Below the pieces are notes generated by a model that did not search any database, was not told the origin of the DNA, and saw only the letters and a program-made list of their open reading frames with translations. Shown in pieces: positions 8,827 through 16,518 of a stretch of 34,553 bases of DNA; positions within the stretch are counted from its first letter, which is position 1; each line of letters starts with the position of its first letter. Both the position numbers and the translations under genes were made by a program. This DNA is from an uncultured Eubacteriales bacterium. GTDB lineage: Bacteria > Bacillota > Clostridia > Christensenellales > CAG-917. The DNA is taken from NCBI GenBank assembly GCA_900550855.1, contig URTQ01000002.1, positions 1 to 34,553 on the forward strand. The letters run 5' to 3'.

Positions 8827-8970
8827 GCGAATAACGTCGGACGCGATTGACGCAAGCGTAGCAATCGCTATTCCGTCACTTCGTTCCTTACAACGCCCTT
8901 TTGTTCACCCGTCACGTACGATTTAGTACGTTGGGCGGGTTCGCAAAAGGGCGTTTCCTTGTTCTTCATC
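8827..8970 (+). repeat. Structured intergenic repeat, copy A
   Basis: Shares three blocks with 32524-32615: GCGAATAACGTCG (5' edge), GTCACGTACGnnTnAGTACG (apex) and TCCTTGTTCTTCATC (3' edge). Long helix AACGCCCTTTTG (8892-8903) pairs with CAAAAGGGCGTT (8944-8955). Extra 5' hairpin at 8843-8868. Confidence 0.7.
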
Positions 8971-9020
8971 TCAATAGTGCGCATCAATATCTTTTGACAA
9001 AGAAAATCCAAAATCGGCAG

Positions 9021-9052
9021 AAACAGACATCCTCTTGCGGCGTCTGTTTTTT
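9021..9052 (+). terminator. Intrinsic-terminator-like hairpin immediately upstream of minD
   Basis: AAACAGAC (9021-9028) pairs with GTCTGTTT (9042-9049) and runs into a six-T run (9047-9052). The T-run ends 11 nt before the minD ATG. Confidence 0.5.
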
Positions 9053-9063
9053 ATTATGGGAAT

Positions 9064-9813
9064 ATGAGAAAAATCGTTGTTACTTCGGGTAAGGGCGGCG
9101 TCGGAAAAACCACCGTAACCGCAACTCTCGGCAGAAAACTGGCTTTGTCGGGATATGGCGTCGTGCTTGTGGACGGCGACGTCGGACTCAACAATCTCGA
9201 CGTCGTGACGGGTATCGAAAGACGAGTGGTGTACGACATCGGCGACGTGTTGCAAGGTCGGTGCAGAACGTTTCAGGCTCTCGTGAACGACGCGGAAAGT
9301 CCGATGAAAATCCTTCCGTCGTCAAGGGATTGCAACGCAATCACGGCGCAAGCGTTTAGGGGAATCGTGGACAGTTTGAGCGAGTTCGACTTTGTGTTCG
9401 TCGATTGTCCTGCGGGCATAGAACACGGCTTTCACAGGGCGGTTTCGGCGTGCGAGGAAGCGCTCGTTGTCACAACGCCGTCCGCTTCGGCAATCAGAGA
9501 CGCGGACAAAGTGATAAGTCTGCTTGCAAGTTATCGATTGAAAGACATTTCGCTCGTGGTAAACAGAGTGCGCGCGGATATGATTGCAAGGGGCGAAATG
9601 CTCGGCGCAAGCGAGATAAGTTCCCTTCTTCACGTTGCGGCGATAGGCGTGATTCCCGACGACGATATGATAACCTTGTATCAGCAACTCGGCACGATTC
9701 CGCAACACGCAATATCCAACCGCGCCTACGACGTGCTTGCCAAAAACGTGGCGCAAAACAGCAAAGTTTTCGTGGATATTGCGCCCAAAAGGCGATTGAG
9801 GTGGTTTAGATGA
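9064..9813 (+). CDS. minD: Septum site-determining ATPase MinD
   Basis: Deviant Walker A SGKGGVGKTT, VLVDGDVGLNNLD, FVFVDCPAG. Short basic C-terminal tail (KRRLRWFR) consistent with a membrane-targeting helix. Confidence 0.9.
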   Translation: MRKIVVTSGKGGVGKTTVTATLGRKLALSGYGVVLVDGDVGLNNLDVVTGIERRVVYDIGDVLQGRCRTFQALVNDAESPMKILPSSRDCNAITAQAFRGIVDSLSEFDFVFVDCPAGIEHGFHRAVSACEEALVVTTPSASAIRDADKVISLLASYRLKDISLVVNRVRADMIARGEMLGASEISSLLHVAAIGVIPDDDMITLYQQLGTIPQHAISNRAYDVLAKNVAQNSKVFVDIAPKRRLRWFR

Positions 9814-10061
9814 AGGCGTCCAAACAGATTGCAAGCAGAATGAGAGATATGCTCACGCGCGACAAAGTGGGCATAAAGGAAGGCTTTTCAACCGCGCTCG
9901 AAAACGACTTAAACAACGTGCTGGGCGACTATTTTTCGCTTGACGGACGTGCGAAAATCGACGTCGCGCAAAACGAAAGAGGGGTGTACAAAATCACGAT
10001 AGAGGCAAACGCAACGAGGGTGAAGCAGTTTCAAACCACGCTCGATATGCCGAGATACTGA
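9810..10061 (+). CDS. minE: Cell division topological specificity factor MinE
   Basis: ATGA overlap with the minD stop. 83 aa. The pattern A..R...L..D.....I......D....V...Y then beta-rich C-terminus follows Clostridial MinE. Position directly after minD. Confidence 0.75.
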   Translation: MKASKQIASRMRDMLTRDKVGIKEGFSTALENDLNNVLGDYFSLDGRAKIDVAQNERGVYKITIEANATRVKQFQTTLDMPRY

Positions 10062-10137
10062 AAAACGCGGCGCAAGTTTTTTGAAAAAAGTTATATTTTG
10101 CACCTTGCGAGAATATGGTAAATGCGAGGTGGCAAAT

Positions 10138-10374
10138 ATGGAATTTGATGAAAGCAAAAAACTCGACGTAGAAATCTCTCAAAACAATTTCGTTGAAAAT
10201 CGCGTCAACAAAAAGCGCAAAAAGAAAGGCGTTCTGGACGCTCTCGACGTTGCAATCATACCCGTGGCAATCGGCGTTTTCGTGTCGCTCGGCTTCTTGT
10301 TTGCAAACATTTTCAGAGCAACTTCCATCGTGGAAACGTTGTCCAATATTTCAAGCATAATTCCTTCCATTTGA
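10138..10374 (+). CDS. Small single-pass membrane protein, unknown function
   Basis: ATG 10138 with GAGGTGG RBS 5 nt upstream. 78 aa: acidic/basic N-terminus (KKRKKKG), then one TM helix (VAIIPVAIGVFVSLGFLFANIF). Sits where spoIVFA sits in Bacillus (between min genes and spoIVFB). Confidence 0.45.
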   Translation: MEFDESKKLDVEISQNNFVENRVNKKRKKKGVLDALDVAIIPVAIGVFVSLGFLFANIFRATSIVETLSNISSIIPSI

Positions 10375-10395
10375 CAAAACAAGAGGTTTATCCTT

Positions 10396-11220
10396 ATGAA
10401 ATTCAAGGTTAATCCTCTTTTTTTCGCGCTTGCCCTTGCGCTTATCGCGTTCGGACACGCGCTTGATTTCGTATGGACTATGCTTGCTTTGCTCTTTCAC
10501 GAAAGCGCGCACGCTCTTATGGCGAGGGCAAGGGGATACGTCGTAAAAAAAATGGTGCTTTTGCCGTACGGGGCAATGATGAGCGCGGGCGAAAACTTCG
10601 ACAAAACGTCAAGCGTGCTTATAGGTCTTGCAGGACCTTTGTGCAACCTTTTGCTTGCGCTCGTCACGCTCGGCCTTTGGTGGCTGTTTCCGTCGGCATA
10701 TCCTTATACGATTTCCTTTATTTACGCAAATCTGTCGCTCGGCTTGTTCAATCTCTTGCCCGTGTATCCTCTCGACGGTTCGAGGGTGGTTCTCGGCTTT
10801 TGCAAAAACAAGATTAAGGCGGTCAAGGGTTTGCAGATTGCGGGCATAGTTTGCTCTTTTTTGTTTTTGGGGCTTTTTATCGGTTCGTTCTTTTTCGGAC
10901 TCAACTTTACGTTCGGCATAATGGCGGTGTTCCTCTTTTACGGCGCGACGTTCGCAAGCAAGGACGAAACTTATTCGAGCGTGCTTGACGTTGCGTGCAA
11001 AAACTATTCTTTGGGCGTTGAACTCAAACGCGTGGAAATATCTTGCGATACGCCGATACTCAGATTGTTCCATTACGTCTGCAGGCAAAGCAAAACCACG
11101 TTCGACGTCGTCGGCGAGGACGGAAAGATAATTCGCACCATATCCGAGCAGGATTTGAAAGTGATTGCTGTGAAAAATAAACTTACTGTTGCGGTGGGTC
11201 AAGCACTAAAAAATTTTTAA
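10396..11220 (+). CDS. M50 site-2 metalloprotease, SpoIVFB-like
   Basis: HESAH (HExxH) in a TM segment. NLLPVYPLDGSRV (NxxPxxxLDG) in a later TM segment. Soluble C-terminal domain of CBS-like size. Synteny with minD as in Bacillus minCD-spoIVFAB. Confidence 0.75.
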   Translation: MKFKVNPLFFALALALIAFGHALDFVWTMLALLFHESAHALMARARGYVVKKMVLLPYGAMMSAGENFDKTSSVLIGLAGPLCNLLLALVTLGLWWLFPSAYPYTISFIYANLSLGLFNLLPVYPLDGSRVVLGFCKNKIKAVKGLQIAGIVCSFLFLGLFIGSFFFGLNFTFGIMAVFLFYGATFASKDETYSSVLDVACKNYSLGVELKRVEISCDTPILRLFHYVCRQSKTTFDVVGEDGKIIRTISEQDLKVIAVKNKLTVAVGQALKNF

Positions 11221-11312
11221 TAGAGCGCGCTACAACCTTACTTTTTCTTGATTCTTGACTTTTAACTTACTATATAATAAAATACTTGTAATAAACTTTT
11301 AGAGGCGTTTTT

Positions 11313-12257
11313 ATGAAATACGTTGGCATTGACATCGGCGGTATGACCATAAAGGGCGGTATCGTCGACGAAAAAGGCAATATCCTTGCAAGAAAAGTCG
11401 TAGTTACGTCACCCGGGAAAGAGGATTATCTCATCGTGCAAGACATCGCAAACCTCATCGAAGATTTGACGAAAGACTGCAAAGACGAAATCGAGGGCAT
11501 CGGCATAGGTTGCCCCGGGTCTATTTACGACGAAAAAGGCATCGTGCGCTATGCGTGCAACATCAACTTCCGCAACACGCCGATGGCAAAAATGATTGCC
11601 GAAAAAACGCAGATTAAAAACGTAAAACTTTCAAACGACGCAAACTGCGCCGCACTCGGCGAAACGCTTTTCGGCGCGGGCGAGGGCGCAAAAAATTCCG
11701 TTATGGTTACGCTCGGCACGGGCGTAGGCACGGGCATAATCGCCGACGGCAGACTCATTACGGGCAATCGCTCGGCAGGCGCGGAAGGCGGACATATAAC
11801 GATAAATCTCGGCGGCGCGACTTGCGGTTGCGGAAAGAAAGGCTGTTTCGAGGCGTACGCTTCGGCAACCGCGCTTATGAATCAGATTCAATCCGCTTGC
11901 GAAAAGCACCCCGACAGTTTGCTTGCAAAAGAGGTCGAGGAAAACGGCAACAGCGGCAAAATCGTGTTTGATTGCGCAAAAGAAGGGGATAAAGTGGCGA
12001 TTGCGGTTGTCAAACGCTACATCAAGTACGTCGGCATAGGTCTTGTCAACTACGCCAACATCTTTGCGCCCGAAGTCATAATCATCGGCGGCGGAATCTC
12101 GAATCAAGGCGACAACATCATCAAACCGTTGCAAAGATACGTTTCGAGAAACAAGTACGGCGCGGAATATACGCCAAAAGTCAAGGTTGTTGCGGCAACG
12201 CTCAAAAACGACGCAGGTATAATCGGGGCTGCTGCGCTGTGCATAAACCGTTGCTGA
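11313..12257 (+). CDS. ROK family sugar kinase (glucokinase-like)
   Basis: YVGIDIGGMTIKGG N-terminus, LSNDANCAALGE, zinc motif GHITI....CGCGKKGCFEAYAS typical of ROK kinases. Confidence 0.85.
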   Translation: MKYVGIDIGGMTIKGGIVDEKGNILARKVVVTSPGKEDYLIVQDIANLIEDLTKDCKDEIEGIGIGCPGSIYDEKGIVRYACNINFRNTPMAKMIAEKTQIKNVKLSNDANCAALGETLFGAGEGAKNSVMVTLGTGVGTGIIADGRLITGNRSAGAEGGHITINLGGATCGCGKKGCFEAYASATALMNQIQSACEKHPDSLLAKEVEENGNSGKIVFDCAKEGDKVAIAVVKRYIKYVGIGLVNYANIFAPEVIIIGGGISNQGDNIIKPLQRYVSRNKYGAEYTPKVKVVAATLKNDAGIIGAAALCINRC

Positions 12258-12478
12258 GGCAACGGCAACACGCAAGCGTGCGTATTGCCGAGAGCCTCGC
12301 TAGGTTTCTGTACTGCTAACCGCGCAGAGAATCTTTGCTATCAAAACAAGACGGGTAAATAATCAAGCCGCAGTTTCGCAAGATTATCTGCTTGGTGAAG
12401 CACGCTACGCGCGCAAGCGGACAAACGAAAGACAAACAAAATTTATTTGAGTCTTAATAAAACAACTACGATACAGCG

Positions 12479-14248
12479 ATGCAAAATCAAGATTACAAAC
12501 AAAAATATTTCGCTTTGCTCGGCGAAGTGGAAAAGCCTGCAAGATATGCGGGCGGCGAGTGGAATATCCCCGATATGAACAAAGAACGCAAGGGGGATAT
12601 GGTCTTTTGTTTTCCCGAACTTTACGAAATCGGTATGAGCAATCTCGGCGTGGCGATTCTGTACGACATCGTCAACAAAACCGACGGTTACGTCGCAGAA
12701 CGTTGCTATGCGCCTGCGCCCGATTTTGCGCAAAAACTCAAAGAAAATAACATTCCGCTATTGTCGCTCGAAACCAAAAAGCCGCTCAAAGATTTTACCG
12801 TCGTAGGCTTTTCGGTTGGATTCGAACTTTTGTACACCAATGTTTTGTATATGCTGGATTTGGCGCAGATTCCGTTCAGAGCCAAAGACCGCGACGATTC
12901 CTATCCCATTTTGCTCGCAGGCGGACCTTGCTCGGTCAATCCCGAACCGTTTGCGGACTTTTTCGACATAATTCTCGTCGGCGAGGGCGAAAACGCGGAT
13001 ATTGCGATACTCAAACTCGTCGCCGAAGGCAGAGAACAAGGGCTTTCGAAAGCGGAAATCCTTGAAAAAGTCAAGGGTATGGAAGGCGCGTACGTTCCGT
13101 CGTTGCATAAAGAGGGCGAAAAGGTCGTAAAAGCCGTAGTGCAAGACTTTGAAAACGCCGAATATCCCACTCGTCCGCTCGTTGCCAACATAGAGGCGGT
13201 TCACGACAGAGCCACGCTCGAACTTTATCGCGGTTGCGCAAGCGGTTGCAGATTCTGTCAGGCAGGATTTTGGTATCGCCCCATTAGAGAGCGTAGCGCA
13301 AAGCGTTGCGCGCAAATCGCAAAAGAGATGGTGGACAGCACCGGCTTTAACGAAATATCCCTTTGCTCGCTGTCTACGAGCGACTATACCGGACTCGAAG
13401 AACTTGAAAACGAACTTGGCGAATACTGCAAGCAAAAGCGCATAAATCTCGCGCTTCCGAGTTTGAGAATAAGCAGTTTCAAACCCGATATGGCAAACAA
13501 TTCGAGAAGAAGTTCGCTTACCTTCGCGCCCGAAGCGGGTACGCAGAGGTTGCGTAACGTCATAAACAAGAACGTCACCGAAGAAGAAATAGACAAGATT
13601 TCCGTTGCGTTCGAGGCGGGATACGACAGCATAAAACTCTATTTTATGATGGGGCTTCCCACCGAAACCGACGAGGATATTCAAGGCATTGCGGAAATCT
13701 GCAAGCGCCTTAAACAACTGTACTGGCAAAAACGCTCGAAAAGAGGTTTGAGCATATCCGTGAGTTGCGCGGTGTTTATTCCGAAGCCCTGCACGCCGTT
13801 TCAATGGGAAGCACAAATCTCAATGGACGAGATGAAACGCAAACAAAACTATTTAAGAGGACTTTTGCGCGAGATAAAGGGCGTTACGTTCTCGTGGCAC
13901 GGCGCGGAAACGTCCGTACTCGAAGCGGCGTTGGCAAGAGGCGACAAAAAGCAATCCTACGTCATCGAACGCGCGTACGAACTCGGTGCGAAATTCGACG
14001 GTTGGAGCGAGCATTTCAAGTGGGACGTATGGCAAAAAGCGTTTGCCGATTGCGGACTCAAAATGGAAGATTACTACGGCGCGATTCCGCTTGACAGAAC
14101 TTTGCCGTGGGAATTTATAGATTCTGGCGTAAGCAAAAAGTATTTGCTCAAACAGCGCGAACTCGCATACGAAGCGGTTACGACCAAAAATTGCCGCGAA
14201 GGCTGCAACGGTTGCGGCGCGAACAGACTGGGAAGGTGTACGATATGA
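12479..14248 (+). CDS. B12-binding-domain radical SAM protein (TIGR03960-type)
   Basis: KPARYAGGEWN N-terminal signature of this family, and radical SAM cluster motif CASGCRFC (CxxxCxxC). Followed by its usual DUF2344 partner. Confidence 0.85.
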   Translation: MQNQDYKQKYFALLGEVEKPARYAGGEWNIPDMNKERKGDMVFCFPELYEIGMSNLGVAILYDIVNKTDGYVAERCYAPAPDFAQKLKENNIPLLSLETKKPLKDFTVVGFSVGFELLYTNVLYMLDLAQIPFRAKDRDDSYPILLAGGPCSVNPEPFADFFDIILVGEGENADIAILKLVAEGREQGLSKAEILEKVKGMEGAYVPSLHKEGEKVVKAVVQDFENAEYPTRPLVANIEAVHDRATLELYRGCASGCRFCQAGFWYRPIRERSAKRCAQIAKEMVDSTGFNEISLCSLSTSDYTGLEELENELGEYCKQKRINLALPSLRISSFKPDMANNSRRSSLTFAPEAGTQRLRNVINKNVTEEEIDKISVAFEAGYDSIKLYFMMGLPTETDEDIQGIAEICKRLKQLYWQKRSKRGLSISVSCAVFIPKPCTPFQWEAQISMDEMKRKQNYLRGLLREIKGVTFSWHGAETSVLEAALARGDKKQSYVIERAYELGAKFDGWSEHFKWDVWQKAFADCGLKMEDYYGAIPLDRTLPWEFIDSGVSKKYLLKQRELAYEAVTTKNCREGCNGCGANRLGRCTI

Positions 14249-14874
14249 TTGTGCTTAAATACCAAAAAACCGGCAGCGTATGCTTCATATCCCACATCGA
14301 CCTTTTGAGGCATATGGACAGGATTATCCGCAGGGGTAAAATCGTGGTGAACTACTCGCAAGGGTTCAATCCGCACCCCTTGATGTACTTTTCGCCGCCG
14401 CTTTCTCTCGGCGTTTCGTCGAGGGCGGAATATCTAACGCTCGATTGCGATATGCAAAAGGAAGAAGTGTTTGAAAAGTTCAACGGCGCAGTGCCCGACG
14501 ACCTTAAAGCAAGCAAGGTTTTCGTATCCGAAAAGAATCCGAACTTGCAAGCGAAAGTCGTGTGCGCGGACTTTGCGTTTAATACGCCGTACAAGCCTGT
14601 CGACGTTGACGGCAAATTCGAGATAAGTTATCAAAAGAAAGGCGAAACCGTCACCGAAAACGTCGCGGACAAGATATACTCTGTCTTTGAAAAGGACGGG
14701 AAGTTGACCCTGCGTCTTGCGTCGGGAAGCGTCAATCTTCGTCCCGACAGAATCCTCGACAAACTCAATTCCACGCTCGGCGTAGATTTGAAACTTTGCG
14801 ATATAGAAAAAATCGCGCAATACGTCGACGTTGACGGCAAACTCGTCGACGTGGACGAATATTTGCAAAAATAA
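14245..14874 (+). CDS. Radical SAM-linked protein (DUF2344 / TIGR03936-type)
   Basis: ATGA overlap with the preceding stop. FISHIDLLRHMDRIIRR..I.V.YSQGFNPHP is the family signature. The track start at 14107 lies inside the upstream gene and is rejected. Confidence 0.8.
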   Translation: MIVLKYQKTGSVCFISHIDLLRHMDRIIRRGKIVVNYSQGFNPHPLMYFSPPLSLGVSSRAEYLTLDCDMQKEEVFEKFNGAVPDDLKASKVFVSEKNPNLQAKVVCADFAFNTPYKPVDVDGKFEISYQKKGETVTENVADKIYSVFEKDGKLTLRLASGSVNLRPDRILDKLNSTLGVDLKLCDIEKIAQYVDVDGKLVDVDEYLQK

Positions 14875-14878
14875 GAAA

Positions 14879-14912
14879 AACGGACTTGCCCGAGCGGGTA
14901 TAGTTCGTTTTT
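14879..14912 (+). terminator. Rho-independent terminator after the DUF2344 gene
   Basis: AACGGACT (14879-14886) pairs with AGTTCGTT (14902-14909, one G-U), with an inner CCC/GGG helix, followed by a T-run. Confidence 0.6.
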
Positions 14913-14960
14913 GCGTTTTTGCGCTCTAAAAAGATCACGTTTTTTTAGGAATATATAGCA

Positions 14961-16430
14961 ATGAAACAACTCATTCTCGACTACACGCCGTATTGTACGC
15001 GCGCGGCGATAGTCGAAAACGGAAAATTAGAGGATTTTTCCGTCGAGCGCGCACATTTCAGAGGTATCGTAGGCAATATCTACAAAGGTAAGGTCGAAAA
15101 CGTCATATGCGGTATGCAGGCGGCGTTCGTCAATATCGGCGAGGAACGCAACGGCTTTTTGTATACGGGCGACTCGCTCGTGGATAGCAGAGGGCTTGAC
15201 AACGATATGCCGAGCGGCAAGTCGTTCAACGTATCCCCCGGCGACGTGATTATGTGCCAAGCGGTCAAAGAACCTTTCGGTCAGAAGGGCGCAAGACTCA
15301 CGACGGACGTAACTATCCCCGGGTACTTCCTCGTGTTGCTTCCGCTTTCGACGTTCGTCGGCGTATCGAGAAAAATCGAGGACGGCAAAAGACGCGATTA
15401 TCTCGAACAATTCGTATCCTCGATATGCCCCGAAGGTATGGGCTTTATCATTCGCACCGCCGCAAACAAGGCGAGCGACGAGGATTTGACAAGCGAAATG
15501 GAAACCCTCAAAGAGCGTTGGGAACAAATTCGCAAAGACTACGCAAACGCAAAGGAATCGACGTTGGTGTTCGAAGAAGCGAGTTTGTTTGAACGCGCCG
15601 TGCGCGAAACTATGCACGAAGACGTCGACGAAGTCGTGGTCAACGACAGGCAGATTCAGCAAAAACTCGACGGACGCGTGGGCAAACCCGTGCAGTTTTA
15701 CGAGGGCGAGCGCAACATAATGAAATACTACGGCGTATCGTCGCAGATAAATCACCTTTGCGACAGAAAAGTCGTTATGCAAAACGGCGCGTATCTGGTC
15801 ATCGACAAGACGGAAGCGTTGACCGTCATCGACGTAAACACGGGCAGGTTCGTGGGGACGAGCCACCTCGAAGATACGGTGTTCAAAACCAATCTCGCGG
15901 CGGCGGAATGTATCGCCTTGCAACTGCGAATACGAAATATAAGCGGAATCGTCATAATCGACTTTATCGATATGACGTCGGAAGAACATCGTCAGCGCGT
16001 TCTCGAAACGCTCAAAGAGGCATTGAAGCGCGACAGAATGAAAACGTCGACCGTCGGTTTTACCTCGCTCGGACTTGTCGAACTCACGAGAAAAAAGACG
16101 CGTTTGCCGCTTGACGAGTTTATGCTTCAACCCTGCAAAGATTGCGCAGGCGGTTTCGTCATCAGCGACGCACAACTTGCATTTATGCTTCGCGACGACC
16201 TCGTGGACTTTATCATAGAACATAAGTGCGATACTGTGTACGTCGGCGCGCATAAGGACGTTTTCGATATGGTTTTTGAAAGCGGAATTATGAATCGTCA
16301 ACTCGAAAACGCGTGGAAGAATAAGCAAATATACTTTTTTGTCGATAATAGTCTTGCGCGTGAAAAGTGGTCGATTTCGCAAGAAAAACCCGCAGGCCTC
16401 AAAAGTTACGTTCGGGTTCTTGCTAAATAA
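14961..16430 (+). CDS. RNase E/G family ribonuclease
   Basis: S1 domain (GNIYKGKVENVICGMQAAFVNIG), DVNTGRFVG catalytic-core motif, IIDFIDM. Conserved neighbour of the two preceding genes in Clostridia. Confidence 0.85.
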   Translation: MKQLILDYTPYCTRAAIVENGKLEDFSVERAHFRGIVGNIYKGKVENVICGMQAAFVNIGEERNGFLYTGDSLVDSRGLDNDMPSGKSFNVSPGDVIMCQAVKEPFGQKGARLTTDVTIPGYFLVLLPLSTFVGVSRKIEDGKRRDYLEQFVSSICPEGMGFIIRTAANKASDEDLTSEMETLKERWEQIRKDYANAKESTLVFEEASLFERAVRETMHEDVDEVVVNDRQIQQKLDGRVGKPVQFYEGERNIMKYYGVSSQINHLCDRKVVMQNGAYLVIDKTEALTVIDVNTGRFVGTSHLEDTVFKTNLAAAECIALQLRIRNISGIVIIDFIDMTSEEHRQRVLETLKEALKRDRMKTSTVGFTSLGLVELTRKKTRLPLDEFMLQPCKDCAGGFVISDAQLAFMLRDDLVDFIIEHKCDTVYVGAHKDVFDMVFESGIMNRQLENAWKNKQIYFFVDNSLAREKWSISQEKPAGLKSYVRVLAK

Positions 16431-16518
16431 TTAATTATGTTCTCGCTTTGCGAGAAAGCGGAAGATTAGATTATTTACATTGCAATTAAGTCCATAATAT
16501 GTTATAATAATATAAGTT

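Noticed and set aside
8927-8969. Minus-strand mini-ORFs starting MKNKE in both repeat copies (33 codons in A, 14 in B)
   Set aside because: There is no SD-like sequence upstream on the minus strand. The peptides diverge completely after five residues and differ in length. The shared ATGAAGAACAAGGAA is better explained as the conserved 3' block of the repeat.
8901-9092. 63-aa ORF (TTG start) across repeat copy A, and the similar-looking peptide from 32446-32694 across copy B
   Set aside because: The peptide similarity (…HVRFSTL… against …HVRISTL…) only reflects nucleotide conservation of the repeat. One ORF runs into minD and the other starts inside uvrA. Neither has an RBS.
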